Source: an uncultured Gammaproteobacteria bacterium
Lineage (GTDB): Bacteria; Patescibacteriota; Microgenomatia; Levybacterales; GWA1-39-11
Length of the DNA stretch: 64,000 bases
Direction of reading: 5' to 3'
Assembly (NCBI GenBank): GCA_964452165.1
Contig: CAYVKP010000001.1
Span: 490,729-554,728 of the forward strand
Shown here in pieces: positions 20,565 to 29,863 of this stretch. Under the pieces are notes generated by a model. The model searched no databases. It was not told the DNA's origin and worked only from the letters and a program-made list of their open reading frames with translations. Every line of letters starts with the position of its first letter. The first letter of the stretch is position 1. The position numbers and the translations under genes are program-made.

Positions 20565-21703
20565 AAATAGGAATTAATGGTTTTGAAGCAGTCATACCCA
20601 GGTTTGGATACGACAAAAGTGGTTTACCCAACCGGGTGGGAAGCTCTGAGGTTTGCTTTGAACTTCTTAGCCAACTCTCAAAAATCGATAAAAAAAATAA
20701 ATACTCCATATTTCTTCCGGTCCCACCAACCGCCGATCTTCCAACCGAATCGGAAAATTGGCATTACGAAGTAATTCCGGATTCAAAACTCTGGACAGTA
20801 GTGGGTTTGGGTAAAAAGCTTTTGTATGGGGAAAAGTTCGACGTTTTTTTCTCCCCAACTCACTACGGCCCCCTAATCACGCGAAGTCCGGAGGTTGTGT
20901 CGGTTCTGGATGTATCGTATAAATATTTCCCCGAGCTTTTTAAGAAAAAAGATCTAGCCCAGCTTTCTATATGGGGTAAGTATTCTATAAAAAAAGCCTC
21001 AAAAATCATTACGATAAGCAATTCTAGCAAGAGTGATATAATTAAGGAGTACGGTGTAGCCAACGAGAAAATTGCCGTAGTTTATCTTGGTGTCAAGGAG
21101 AACAATAAAACGAAAATGAAAGCATCGGAGGTTTTGGAAAAGCATAATATTAAAAAACCCTATCTTCTATTTGTAGGTACTCTTCAACCAAGGAAAAACA
21201 TATCAAGATTGATAGAGGCCTTCTCTCAGATCGTGAAAGGGCATAAAAATTTATCTTTAGTTGTTGTCGGAAGACGTGGTTGGCAGTTTGAGGAGATTTT
21301 GAATTCACCCTTAAAATTTGGAGTCGCAGAAAGTGTGAGATTTTTGGAAAATGTAAACGATGACGAGCTCCCCTCTTTCTACGAAAACGCAGAAGCCTTT
21401 GTGTTGCCGAGTCTTTATGAAGGATTCGGATTACCGGTTCTTGAAGCCATGAAATATAATTGTCCCGTTGCAACGAGCGATATCTCATCTCTCCCCGAGG
21501 CCGGAGGAGATGCTGCGGTCTATTTTGATCCATATGACACGCATGATATGGCAGAGAAAGTTGGAAAAATCCTATCAAACAGCAAATTACGTTCGGAAAT
21601 GGTTAAAAAAGGCCATGCGCAGGTCAAGAAATTTTCTTGGGAGAAAAGTGCACGTGAGGTTCTGAAGGTTTTAGAGGAAGTGGGAGGTAAAAATGCTGCG
21701 TAA
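20561..21703 (+). CDS. Glycosyltransferase group 1 (GT4), complete
   Basis: LLFVGTLQPRKN...VVVGRRGW...FVLPSLYEGFGLPVLEAMKYNCPVATSDISSLPEAGGDAAVYFDP is the canonical GT4 E-x7-E region. Confidence 0.75.
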   Translation: MKIGINGFEAVIPRFGYDKSGLPNRVGSSEVCFELLSQLSKIDKKNKYSIFLPVPPTADLPTESENWHYEVIPDSKLWTVVGLGKKLLYGEKFDVFFSPTHYGPLITRSPEVVSVLDVSYKYFPELFKKKDLAQLSIWGKYSIKKASKIITISNSSKSDIIKEYGVANEKIAVVYLGVKENNKTKMKASEVLEKHNIKKPYLLFVGTLQPRKNISRLIEAFSQIVKGHKNLSLVVVGRRGWQFEEILNSPLKFGVAESVRFLENVNDDELPSFYENAEAFVLPSLYEGFGLPVLEAMKYNCPVATSDISSLPEAGGDAAVYFDPYDTHDMAEKVGKILSNSKLRSEMVKKGHAQVKKFSWEKSAREVLKVLEEVGGKNAA

Positions 21704-22247
21704 AATCACGAGGAGAATCTCAGCGATTCTTCTTGAAACTGACAATATGATCCTGCGATGCGTTGGAAATGTTCCATTTCACCATGTCAGGCGGTTTTTC
21801 TATAGAATTGGCGGAATGAGGATAGGCGCGGGTTCGGCAATTCATATGGGTGCGGTTTTCTATAAAGTTTCAAATATTAAAATTGGAACGGACACCATAA
21901 TTGGTGAAAATGCGGTTTTTGACGGCCGTGACAAGCTTACGATAGGTAACCACGTGGATATTGCTTCGGAGGTTATGATATACAACGCGGAGCACGATAT
22001 CAACGATGAACATTTTAAAGCGGTAACAGGTCCGGTTGAAATAGAAGACTACGTATTTATAGGTCCTCGAGTGATAATTTTACCGGGAGTCAGAATTGGA
22101 AAAGGGGCAGTAGTAGGAGCGGGAGCGGTAGTTACTAAAGACGTTGAAGAATTTGCCATTGTCGGCGGTGTCCCTGCAAAGGTAATCGGAGAGCGCAAAC
22201 TAAAAAACCCCACATACCGACTGGGAAGAGCAGCATGGTTTCGATAA
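21693..22247 (+). CDS. Hexapeptide-repeat (LbH) acetyltransferase
   Basis: IGENAVFDG...IGNHVDIASEVMI...VFIGPRVIILPGVRIGKGAVVGAGAVVTKDV. Confidence 0.65.
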   Translation: MLRKITRRISAILLETDNMILRCVGNVPFHHVRRFFYRIGGMRIGAGSAIHMGAVFYKVSNIKIGTDTIIGENAVFDGRDKLTIGNHVDIASEVMIYNAEHDINDEHFKAVTGPVEIEDYVFIGPRVIILPGVRIGKGAVVGAGAVVTKDVEEFAIVGGVPAKVIGERKLKNPTYRLGRAAWFR

Positions 22248-23077
22248 TAATCCTCACGTATAACAGCGAGAAATTTATTGAGGAGACAATTGGAAGTCTC
22301 TTGGATTTTACTACTGGCACAGAAATAATAGTTGTGGACAACGCATCAACGGATAAGACTGTGAGTAAGATCAAAAAATTCGGGAAGAAGGTCAAATTTA
22401 TTGAAACAGGAGCCAACCTTGGGTTTTCAGCCGGAATTAACGTAGGAGCAAAAAAAGCGACCGGTGAGTATCTATTGTTCGTAAACCCCGACACAAAATT
22501 TAAAAGTGGAAACATAGAAGACATGATATCCGTATTTGACAACAACATTGATGCGGGAGTCGTGGGGGGAAGGATGCAGGCTGCGGACGGACATGTGGAA
22601 AAATCGACAGGAAAATTTTTTGGAGTTCTTGCAAGTATTTTAATTGCAGCAGGACTTGATGAGAAATTAGGAGTCAGGCGGTCTCCGGGCAAAATAGAGA
22701 AAGTTGATTTTGTCTCGGGCGGTTTCATGATGGTAAAGGCTGAATTATTTAGGAAATTGGGTGGATTTGACGAGAATCTTTTCATGTACGTTGAAGATAT
22801 GGAGTTATGTTTTCGCGCAAGACTTTCAGGATACTCAACTTACTTTGTTCCAAGCGTTGTTGTGACGCATATAGGTCAGGGTAGTTCCAATCGGGCATTT
22901 GCAATAAAGAATATTTTCAGGGGAGTTTTGTATTTTCACAAAAAACACGGAACACCTTTCTCATATGGAATTGTCAAAGCTCTTTTTACCCTCAAGTCTC
23001 TGACCCTTGTAACAGCAGGTAAAATAATGAATAATAAATATCTACTGGAGACCTATAGCGGTGCAGTCAAAACATGA
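22235..23077 (+). CDS. Glycosyltransferase family 2
   Basis: VSIIILTYNSEKFIEETIGSL...EIIVVDNASTDKT; DxD-type motif (VNPDT). Confidence 0.75.
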   Translation: MVSIIILTYNSEKFIEETIGSLLDFTTGTEIIVVDNASTDKTVSKIKKFGKKVKFIETGANLGFSAGINVGAKKATGEYLLFVNPDTKFKSGNIEDMISVFDNNIDAGVVGGRMQAADGHVEKSTGKFFGVLASILIAAGLDEKLGVRRSPGKIEKVDFVSGGFMMVKAELFRKLGGFDENLFMYVEDMELCFRARLSGYSTYFVPSVVVTHIGQGSSNRAFAIKNIFRGVLYFHKKHGTPFSYGIVKALFTLKSLTLVTAGKIMNNKYLLETYSGAVKT

Positions 23078-26000
23078 AGAAAATCTTATCCTACGTTGTC
23101 GATAACCTACTTTTTTTTATAACTCTTTTCCTTTTAGTATTCATACCCTTATATCCCAAGTTTCCATTGATAGACATAAAGAATACCTGGGTATATGTTA
23201 GAGTAGAGGATTTTCTCGTTCTCGCGACAGTTTTCATTTGGCTTGTATATTACATTAGAAAGAAAGTTGTACTTAATGCTCCCCTTACCTTGCCGATCAT
23301 TATATTTTGGATAGTGGGCGCCATCGGCACGATTCACGGCGTAGTTCTCGTTTTCCCCGGTATTGCAAATGTTTTTCCCAATGTAGCCTTCCTGAGTTTC
23401 ATGCGGCACATAGAGTATATGTCGTTGTTTTTTATAGCGTATTCCTCGGTCAAGGACAGAAAACAAATCTGGGCTTTTATCGCCGCCATAACAATAACGC
23501 TTTTTGGAGTTGTTGCTTACGGTTTGGGACAAAAATATTTAGGGTTCCCAGCTTACCTTACAATGAACGAGGAATACGCAAAAGGCGTTGCCATAAGGTT
23601 ATCGGATCTTTCTCGTATTCCCTCAACTTTTGCCGGTCATTATGATTTGGCCGCATATCTTGTTTTGATTGTTCCGATTCTTGCGAGCCTTGTTATTGGG
23701 GTGAAGAATATTTTGGGCAAAGCTGTTCTTGCTGTTGCGACAGTTTTGGGCGTTGGCCTACTGTTTATGACTGTTTCAAGAGTCTCTTTTTTTGTTTTGA
23801 TAGTTGCGCTTTTTGCTGTCCTCTATTTTCAAAAGAAAAAACTTATCCTATATTCTCTACCGTTCATAGTAATACTCGGATTTTTATTCGTTAGTTTCAA
23901 GCCCACTTTGCTTGCGCGCTTCAGCAACACAGTTCGTGAAGTAAATGTTCTTGTTGATGGGAAGACGGGGACAGCCGTAGGCCAAGTAAAATTCGTTCCG
24001 TTCTCTTATTTTAAAGATAAAGTAATCAAGCAACAAATTATAGGCGACCGGGATCAACTCGATTCGGCAATGGTAGGCCAAACCCAAAATATACGTGAGA
24101 TAGCAGAATCCACTTCCGCCGCAACGCTCAGGCAAATTTCCCCCGACGCCCAAGTCCCCTTAGTTTTCGCAACGAATGTTTCAACTGGGGAGAATTTGCC
24201 GCAGGGGACAGGCTATATAAATTTGTCTCTATCGCCAGTCGTAAAGCGAGTCGGCAATTTTTTCTATGAGCTTGCCCCGAATATTGCCTCCAGCGCATCA
24301 GCTCAAGTCTTGATTCTCCACGGCGACTTCATAATTAAAAAAGCTTCGGCTTATGATTTGTCTTTTACAACAAGATTCCAGGGGGAATGGCCCCATGCCT
24401 TGCTTGCGTTTGAAAGAAATGTGTTGGTAGGGAGCGGTTATGGCGCAGTGAGTCTTGCCGTAGACAATAATTACCTTAGAATGCTTGGCGAAACAGGGCT
24501 TTTGGGCACCTTATCGTTTCTTGCAATATTCTTGGTTCTCGGGATCTACATAAAGAAAGTTTTACCTGATATTCGCTCCTCTGTTGTCAAGAGCTTTATC
24601 TTGGGTTTTGCGGCGGGTCTTATTGGACTTGCTCTGAACGCAACCCTTATTGATGTTTTTGAGGCAAGCAAAATTGCATTCCTGATGTGGATGTTGATAG
24701 GGGTCGTATTCGGAATTATAAATTCTTATAAAACCCAAGTTAACATAGTGGAGGAATTAAAAGCCGCTTTAACCTCAGATGTTGCAGTCGGTGTTTACCT
24801 TTTGATTGTTGCAGGTGTAATTTTCTCGCGAATGCTCGGAAATTATTTTGTTGCCGATGATTTTACTTGGTTCCGTTGGGCTGCCGACTGTCATAGCTCC
24901 GTTATCTCATTAGGCGGTTGTTCCTCGTTTCTATCTACTATATCTCACTATTTCACAGAGGCTGGTGGATTTTTCTGGCGACCCGGGACAAAAACCTACT
25001 TTCTCTTGATGTATTCAGTCTTCTGGTTAAATCAAACCGTTTATCATGCCGTGTCTATAGTTCTCCATTTTATAGTCGCTTTTCTTTTCTTCCTTCTGGC
25101 AAAAAAGATTCTCAAAAATTCTCTCCTTGCAGCGGGCGCATCGCTATTATTCTTAATTATGAGTGGATACGTCGAAATAGTATTTTGGATTTCTGCAACC
25201 GGTCATTTGTTCAATGCCGTATTCATGCTTCTTGCTCTCATTATGTATATTTCTTGGCGAGAGAAAAAACAGGCTCTGTATCTTGTGATTTCGCTGTTGT
25301 CGACGGTGCTATCTCTCCTTTTCTATGAGACCGGAGTGGTAGTGCCGCTTTTAATACTTGCATATGAGCTGGTATATAATCCTTCCTTCAACATAAAGAG
25401 ATTCTTTAAAAGGGCAGAGTACCTAATCTTATTTGTTCCCAACCTTTTTTATCTTGTCATCAGATTTTTAGCCGGAAGTCATTGGCAAGGCGGAGACTAT
25501 AGTTATAACTTGGTAAAACTCCCCTTCAATCTAATAGGTAATTTGGTAGGTTATGTGGGACTCACATTTATGGGCCCGCTCTTCTTGCCGGCATATGAAA
25601 AAATGCGAACTGTCCTCAGGGGAAATTTACTCGTTGCCGGCGTTATAGCGCTCGTTTTAATTGTGGTGGTAATTTTTGCAGCGCGTGTGTTTATGAAAAC
25701 AATTGAGGGAGAAGATAGAAAAACAGTGTTGTTTGCCGGATTATTCTTTGTTATATCACTACTTCCATTCATAGGTTTTGGCAATATTACGGCTCGCTAC
25801 AGTTATCTTGCATCTTTAGGATTAATAATCATTTTTGTATTTATCTTGAGGAAACTTTATAGATATTTGCTTGCGGAAGGGCGCCCCATCGCAATATCAG
25901 TGGTCGTACTTATTATTGCGGCTTTTTCCCTGCTCCATATTATTGAAGTTCAGCAAATCCATCAGGACTGGAACGGCGCCGGACTTGAAGCAAAAAACTT

Positions 26001-26322
26001 CTTCACCGCGATAGATGATTCCTATTCGGACTATTGGTCAAGTGAGCCGATGCAGCTCCACTTTGTTAACGTGCCCTTAAAAAATGGAGAGGCTTGGGTT
26101 TTTCCGTGGGGAATATCTGATGCAACCTGGTTTGCCTTCAAAAATCCCAAGGCTCAAGTCTATACCGACCCGCAGGTCACTTACGATCTTCAGTCAAAGA
26201 TTTCCCGTAATTTCAAAGTTTTTGAGTTTAACGGAGACGGAAGCGTGACGGAGGTCCAGCCGCCCACTAAGTCCCTCGGTTCGCCAACCCCAACTCCAAC
26301 CTCGTCTCTCAAGCGTTATTAA
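23074..26322 (+). CDS. Fusion membrane protein: O-antigen ligase/Wzy_C-like domain (N-terminal) + GT-C-like polytopic domain (C-terminal), Thr/Pro-rich C-terminal tail
   Basis: The N-terminal half has ~10 TMs and a ~200-aa extracytoplasmic loop. The Wzy_C-type signature GSGYGAVSLAVDNNYLRMLGETGLLG is present. The C-terminal half adds ~10 TMs with FVADDFTWFRW after a TM (GT-C-like DD motif). The tail is SLGSPTPTPTSSLKRY. Confidence 0.5.
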   Translation: MKKILSYVVDNLLFFITLFLLVFIPLYPKFPLIDIKNTWVYVRVEDFLVLATVFIWLVYYIRKKVVLNAPLTLPIIIFWIVGAIGTIHGVVLVFPGIANVFPNVAFLSFMRHIEYMSLFFIAYSSVKDRKQIWAFIAAITITLFGVVAYGLGQKYLGFPAYLTMNEEYAKGVAIRLSDLSRIPSTFAGHYDLAAYLVLIVPILASLVIGVKNILGKAVLAVATVLGVGLLFMTVSRVSFFVLIVALFAVLYFQKKKLILYSLPFIVILGFLFVSFKPTLLARFSNTVREVNVLVDGKTGTAVGQVKFVPFSYFKDKVIKQQIIGDRDQLDSAMVGQTQNIREIAESTSAATLRQISPDAQVPLVFATNVSTGENLPQGTGYINLSLSPVVKRVGNFFYELAPNIASSASAQVLILHGDFIIKKASAYDLSFTTRFQGEWPHALLAFERNVLVGSGYGAVSLAVDNNYLRMLGETGLLGTLSFLAIFLVLGIYIKKVLPDIRSSVVKSFILGFAAGLIGLALNATLIDVFEASKIAFLMWMLIGVVFGIINSYKTQVNIVEELKAALTSDVAVGVYLLIVAGVIFSRMLGNYFVADDFTWFRWAADCHSSVISLGGCSSFLSTISHYFTEAGGFFWRPGTKTYFLLMYSVFWLNQTVYHAVSIVLHFIVAFLFFLLAKKILKNSLLAAGASLLFLIMSGYVEIVFWISATGHLFNAVFMLLALIMYISWREKKQALYLVISLLSTVLSLLFYETGVVVPLLILAYELVYNPSFNIKRFFKRAEYLILFVPNLFYLVIRFLAGSHWQGGDYSYNLVKLPFNLIGNLVGYVGLTFMGPLFLPAYEKMRTVLRGNLLVAGVIALVLIVVVIFAARVFMKTIEGEDRKTVLFAGLFFVISLLPFIGFGNITARYSYLASLGLIIIFVFILRKLYRYLLAEGRPIAISVVVLIIAAFSLLHIIEVQQIHQDWNGAGLEAKNFFTAIDDSYSDYWSSEPMQLHFVNVPLKNGEAWVFPWGISDATWFAFKNPKAQVYTDPQVTYDLQSKISRNFKVFEFNGDGSVTEVQPPTKSLGSPTPTPTSSLKRY

Positions 26323-26358
26323 ATTGATAATAAGGTTCGTATCAATTAGAATAAAATC

Positions 26359-27795
26359 ATGAAGCTAAAGGATTTGGCTATTTTGCTGCTGTTTGTTTTG
26401 GGTTTTATTGTTCGCCTTTATCGCTTTGACAACCCCGTTGCTGACTGGCATGCATTTAGGCAAGGCGACACTAACGCCGTTTCTCAGATTTACGTTCGTG
26501 ATGGAATCAATCTTCTATCTCCTCGCTACTTCGATATATCCAATATTCAATCGGGGAAAGATAATCCCAAAGGATACAGACTTGTAGAATTCCCCATTTA
26601 TAATGCTGTTCAGGCGTTTTTATTCACTGTTTTTAAGACCCTGACGCTTCCCGAGTGGGGCAGAATAATTTCTATAATTGCAACTCTTTCGGGGGCATTC
26701 TTTGTTTACAAACTAGTCAAAAAATACGCAAATGAGATGGCCGGAATTTTCTCAGCTTTTTTCTATTTATTCTTACCTTTTTCAATTTTTTACGGAAGAA
26801 CAATCCTGCCGGATCCCTCTATGGCCGCAGCAATTCTTGGTGGAATATATTTTTTTGACTTGTGGACGTCAAGAAAGAATTTTAAATTTGAAATTTTAGA
26901 TTTTAAATTTTTGTTCGCGATTCTATTTACGGCCACTTCTTTTCTTCTAAAGCCTTACGCCATAATCTTTACTCTTCCAATGATTTATCTTGCCTGGAAC
27001 AAGTTTAAATTCGAAATTATTAAAAAATGGCAACTTTGGTTTTTCGCTATTGTTACCTTGATTCCCATTGTTCTTTGGAGAAAATTTATCGGGCAACACC
27101 CCGAAGGAATTCCGGTCTCTGACTGGCTTTTCAACGGTAACGGCATAAGGTTTAGGCCTTCTTTTTTCCGCTGGATATTTTACGAAAGAATTACCAGGTT
27201 AATACTTGGTTTTTCCGGAGTAGTGTTTCTTTTGGACGGGATTTTATATCTATTCAAAAATAAGAACAAAATGTTTTTCTTATCTTTTGCCGTATCTTCG
27301 CTAATTTATCTGTTCGTTATAGCAACGGGCAACGTACAGCATGACTATTATCAAATTTTAATAATCCCTACAATTTCTATTTTCGCGGGCCTTGGAGCGT
27401 TTGGTTTATTTAAAACGGTTGAGAAGTGGGGCAGGACTGCTGCTATTGGCGTATGTTCGATTCTGATAGTTGTATCGTTATTCTTTTCCTGGAGGCAGGT
27501 TCGTGATTATTTCAATATAAATGATACAAGAATGGTTCATGCAGCAGCTGTTGCGAATAAAATTTTACCTGCCGACGCGACGGTTATTGCACCATATGAT
27601 GGGAGTACAACTTTTTTGAATTTGATACAAAGACGCGGTTGGCCAACTTTTGAGAAGGGTATAGAGGAATTAACCCGTGACGGGGCACAATATTTAGTGA
27701 TAGCCTCACCCACAAAGAATGATTTTTCAGGATTTGGGAAAACTTATCAACACGTTGCAGCTGGGCCTGACTATTTGATCCTTAAATTGAAATGA
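26359..27795 (+). CDS. GT-C-family membrane glycosyltransferase (ArnT/PMT-like)
   Basis: 478 aa with ~11 TMs. RFDNPVADWHAFRQGD lies in the first extracytoplasmic loop, as in ArnT/PMT-type transferases. Confidence 0.45.
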   Translation: MKLKDLAILLLFVLGFIVRLYRFDNPVADWHAFRQGDTNAVSQIYVRDGINLLSPRYFDISNIQSGKDNPKGYRLVEFPIYNAVQAFLFTVFKTLTLPEWGRIISIIATLSGAFFVYKLVKKYANEMAGIFSAFFYLFLPFSIFYGRTILPDPSMAAAILGGIYFFDLWTSRKNFKFEILDFKFLFAILFTATSFLLKPYAIIFTLPMIYLAWNKFKFEIIKKWQLWFFAIVTLIPIVLWRKFIGQHPEGIPVSDWLFNGNGIRFRPSFFRWIFYERITRLILGFSGVVFLLDGILYLFKNKNKMFFLSFAVSSLIYLFVIATGNVQHDYYQILIIPTISIFAGLGAFGLFKTVEKWGRTAAIGVCSILIVVSLFFSWRQVRDYFNINDTRMVHAAAVANKILPADATVIAPYDGSTTFLNLIQRRGWPTFEKGIEELTRDGAQYLVIASPTKNDFSGFGKTYQHVAAGPDYLILKLK

Positions 27796-28958
27796 AAAAG
27801 GTTTTATTCGTGACTTATGATTTTCCATATCCTACCAATACAGGCGGAAAAAACAGGGCATATCATATGCTTAAATACTCGGGCGTCGGTTTCAAAAAAT
27901 ATCTATTTTCATTTGTTCGCCCCGATTTTAAGAGTGAGAATATCAAACACCTTGGGGCAATAGGAGTTGAAGTTTTAAAAACTGTGCCGCGAAGAAAAGT
28001 TACAGACCCCAGGAACGTCATGGGCTTGCTTGGTCAGGGATCAATTTTTAAAACCTTATATTATTCAGAAGACATTCTTGAGGAGTTGATCCGGCTTATT
28101 CGCCAATACGAGATTGATATCGTTCACTTCGAATCCTTTTTTACAGGATTCTATATTTCAAGCGAAATAAAAAACTTGGGTGCGAAACAAATTTACGGAT
28201 CGGAAAACGTAGAATACAAAATGTATAGGGATTATGCGGTTGGCTCTCCTTTTTTCATAAAACCCTTCATGGGCGCGCAAGCTGATAAGATTAAACAAGA
28301 GGAGGAGAGTATGGCAAGAGCCGCTGACGTTTGCGTTGCAGTTTCAGACGCTGAGGCAAGAGAAATTAGTAAAACCGGTGCCGAGTGCGAGATAGTCAGG
28401 AATGGCGTAGATATTGATGAATTCAAACCCAGAAAGCTTGAGAAGGAAGTCAAAAATCTATTGTTTGTAGGGAATTTTACTTATTTTCCAAACGTTGATG
28501 CGATCAGTTTTTTCTACAACGAAGTTTTCAAAAAATTAGAAATGGATTTGAAGCTCACAGTTATTGGGAAAAAAGTGTTTGATTTGCCATTTGCCCGCGA
28601 GGATAGAGTTGAGGCAATCGAATTTGTTAAAAATATTCAAGACGCATATGACAACGCGGATATAATGGTCTCACCGGTTAGGCTAGGCGGTGGTACAAAC
28701 TTCAAAGTTCTTGAAGCGATGGCAGCAGGAGTGCCCGTTATTGCGCTGCAGGATAGGATAGTTGGTCTTGATGTTAAAGATGGCGTTAACATAATGGTTG
28801 CCAAAGATGGTCCGGACTTTGTCAGAATAATAGATAGACTTGCGGGAGATCACGTGCTCCGTACGAAAATATCAAATGCCGCCAGAAAACTTGTTACTCA
28901 CGAGTATTCGTGGAAGATAATAGGAAATAATCTTGCAACCATTTGGGAAAACCTATGA
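27792..28958 (+). CDS. Glycosyltransferase group 1 (GT4)
   Basis: LLFVGNFTYFPNVDAISFF...VSPVRLGGGTNFKVLEAMAAGVPVIA. Confidence 0.7.
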   Translation: MKKVLFVTYDFPYPTNTGGKNRAYHMLKYSGVGFKKYLFSFVRPDFKSENIKHLGAIGVEVLKTVPRRKVTDPRNVMGLLGQGSIFKTLYYSEDILEELIRLIRQYEIDIVHFESFFTGFYISSEIKNLGAKQIYGSENVEYKMYRDYAVGSPFFIKPFMGAQADKIKQEEESMARAADVCVAVSDAEAREISKTGAECEIVRNGVDIDEFKPRKLEKEVKNLLFVGNFTYFPNVDAISFFYNEVFKKLEMDLKLTVIGKKVFDLPFAREDRVEAIEFVKNIQDAYDNADIMVSPVRLGGGTNFKVLEAMAAGVPVIALQDRIVGLDVKDGVNIMVAKDGPDFVRIIDRLAGDHVLRTKISNAARKLVTHEYSWKIIGNNLATIWENL

Positions 28959-29863
28959 AAAAAATAGATCTTTCAATCGTAATTGTTACTTATAATTCGC
29001 AAGACCTAATCCTTTCTTGTCTCGATTCAATTTACAATACGTGTAAGAAAAATTCATTTGAAGTTATAGTTTCGGATAATAGTCCAATTCAAGCCACAGC
29101 TCAAATAATTGAGGAAAATAAGAGCAGATATCCGGGACTAATTTTTATCAAAAATCATGACAATATAGGTTTTTCTAGAGGAAACAATGTAGGAGTTAAA
29201 AAAAGCCATGGAGAATACGTTCTTTTCTTAAATCCAGACATGAAAGTTTATGACCGGACTCTTGATGGGATGCTGGATTTTATGCGGGAGCATGAGGATG
29301 CGGGAGCGGCAACTTGTTACGTAGAGCTTCCCACAGGAAAGCTAGACGACTCATCCCATAGAGGATTCCCAACTCCGTGGCGCGCATTAAGTCATTTTGC
29401 AGGCCTTTCCAAAATATTTTCAAAGTCAAAAATGTTTGCCGGTTACAACATGACATATTTGGACATTTTCAAAACTCACGAGATTGATTCTCTTGCCGGA
29501 TCATTTCTTCTTATTTCAAGAAAACTGGGAGAAAAACTTTCCTGGTGGGACGAGGACTACTTTTTTTACGGGGAAGATATAGATTTCTGTTTTAGGATTA
29601 GACAAGCTGGTCTTAAAGTATATTTTGTTCCGGAATACAGGGCGCTTCATTACAAAGGAGTTTCATCCGGTATCAAGAGCGTTTCAAAAAACATGACTCG
29701 CGCCTCACTTGAAACTCGAATACGCGCTACCAATTGGCGTTTTGATGCAATGAGAATTTTTTATGACAAGCACTACAAAAATAAATACCCGGGATTTTTA
29801 AGAGAGTTGGTTTTGGCAGGAATATCGGTAAAAAAGTTTTTAGCACTTAAGAAAATAAAATGA
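28943..29863 (+). CDS. Glycosyltransferase family 2 (rhamnosyltransferase-like)
   Basis: LSIVIVTYNSQDLILSCLDSI...EVIVSDNSP, FLNPDM, YFFYGEDIDFCFR. Confidence 0.75.
   Translation: MGKPMKKIDLSIVIVTYNSQDLILSCLDSIYNTCKKNSFEVIVSDNSPIQATAQIIEENKSRYPGLIFIKNHDNIGFSRGNNVGVKKSHGEYVLFLNPDMKVYDRTLDGMLDFMREHEDAGAATCYVELPTGKLDDSSHRGFPTPWRALSHFAGLSKIFSKSKMFAGYNMTYLDIFKTHEIDSLAGSFLLISRKLGEKLSWWDEDYFFYGEDIDFCFRIRQAGLKVYFVPEYRALHYKGVSSGIKSVSKNMTRASLETRIRATNWRFDAMRIFYDKHYKNKYPGFLRELVLAGISVKKFLALKKIK

Noticed and set aside
22135-22785. 216-aa minus-strand ORF
   Set aside because: It is antisense to the GT2 and LbH acetyltransferase genes. The protein is Pro/Ser-rich low complexity, typical of a spurious antisense frame.
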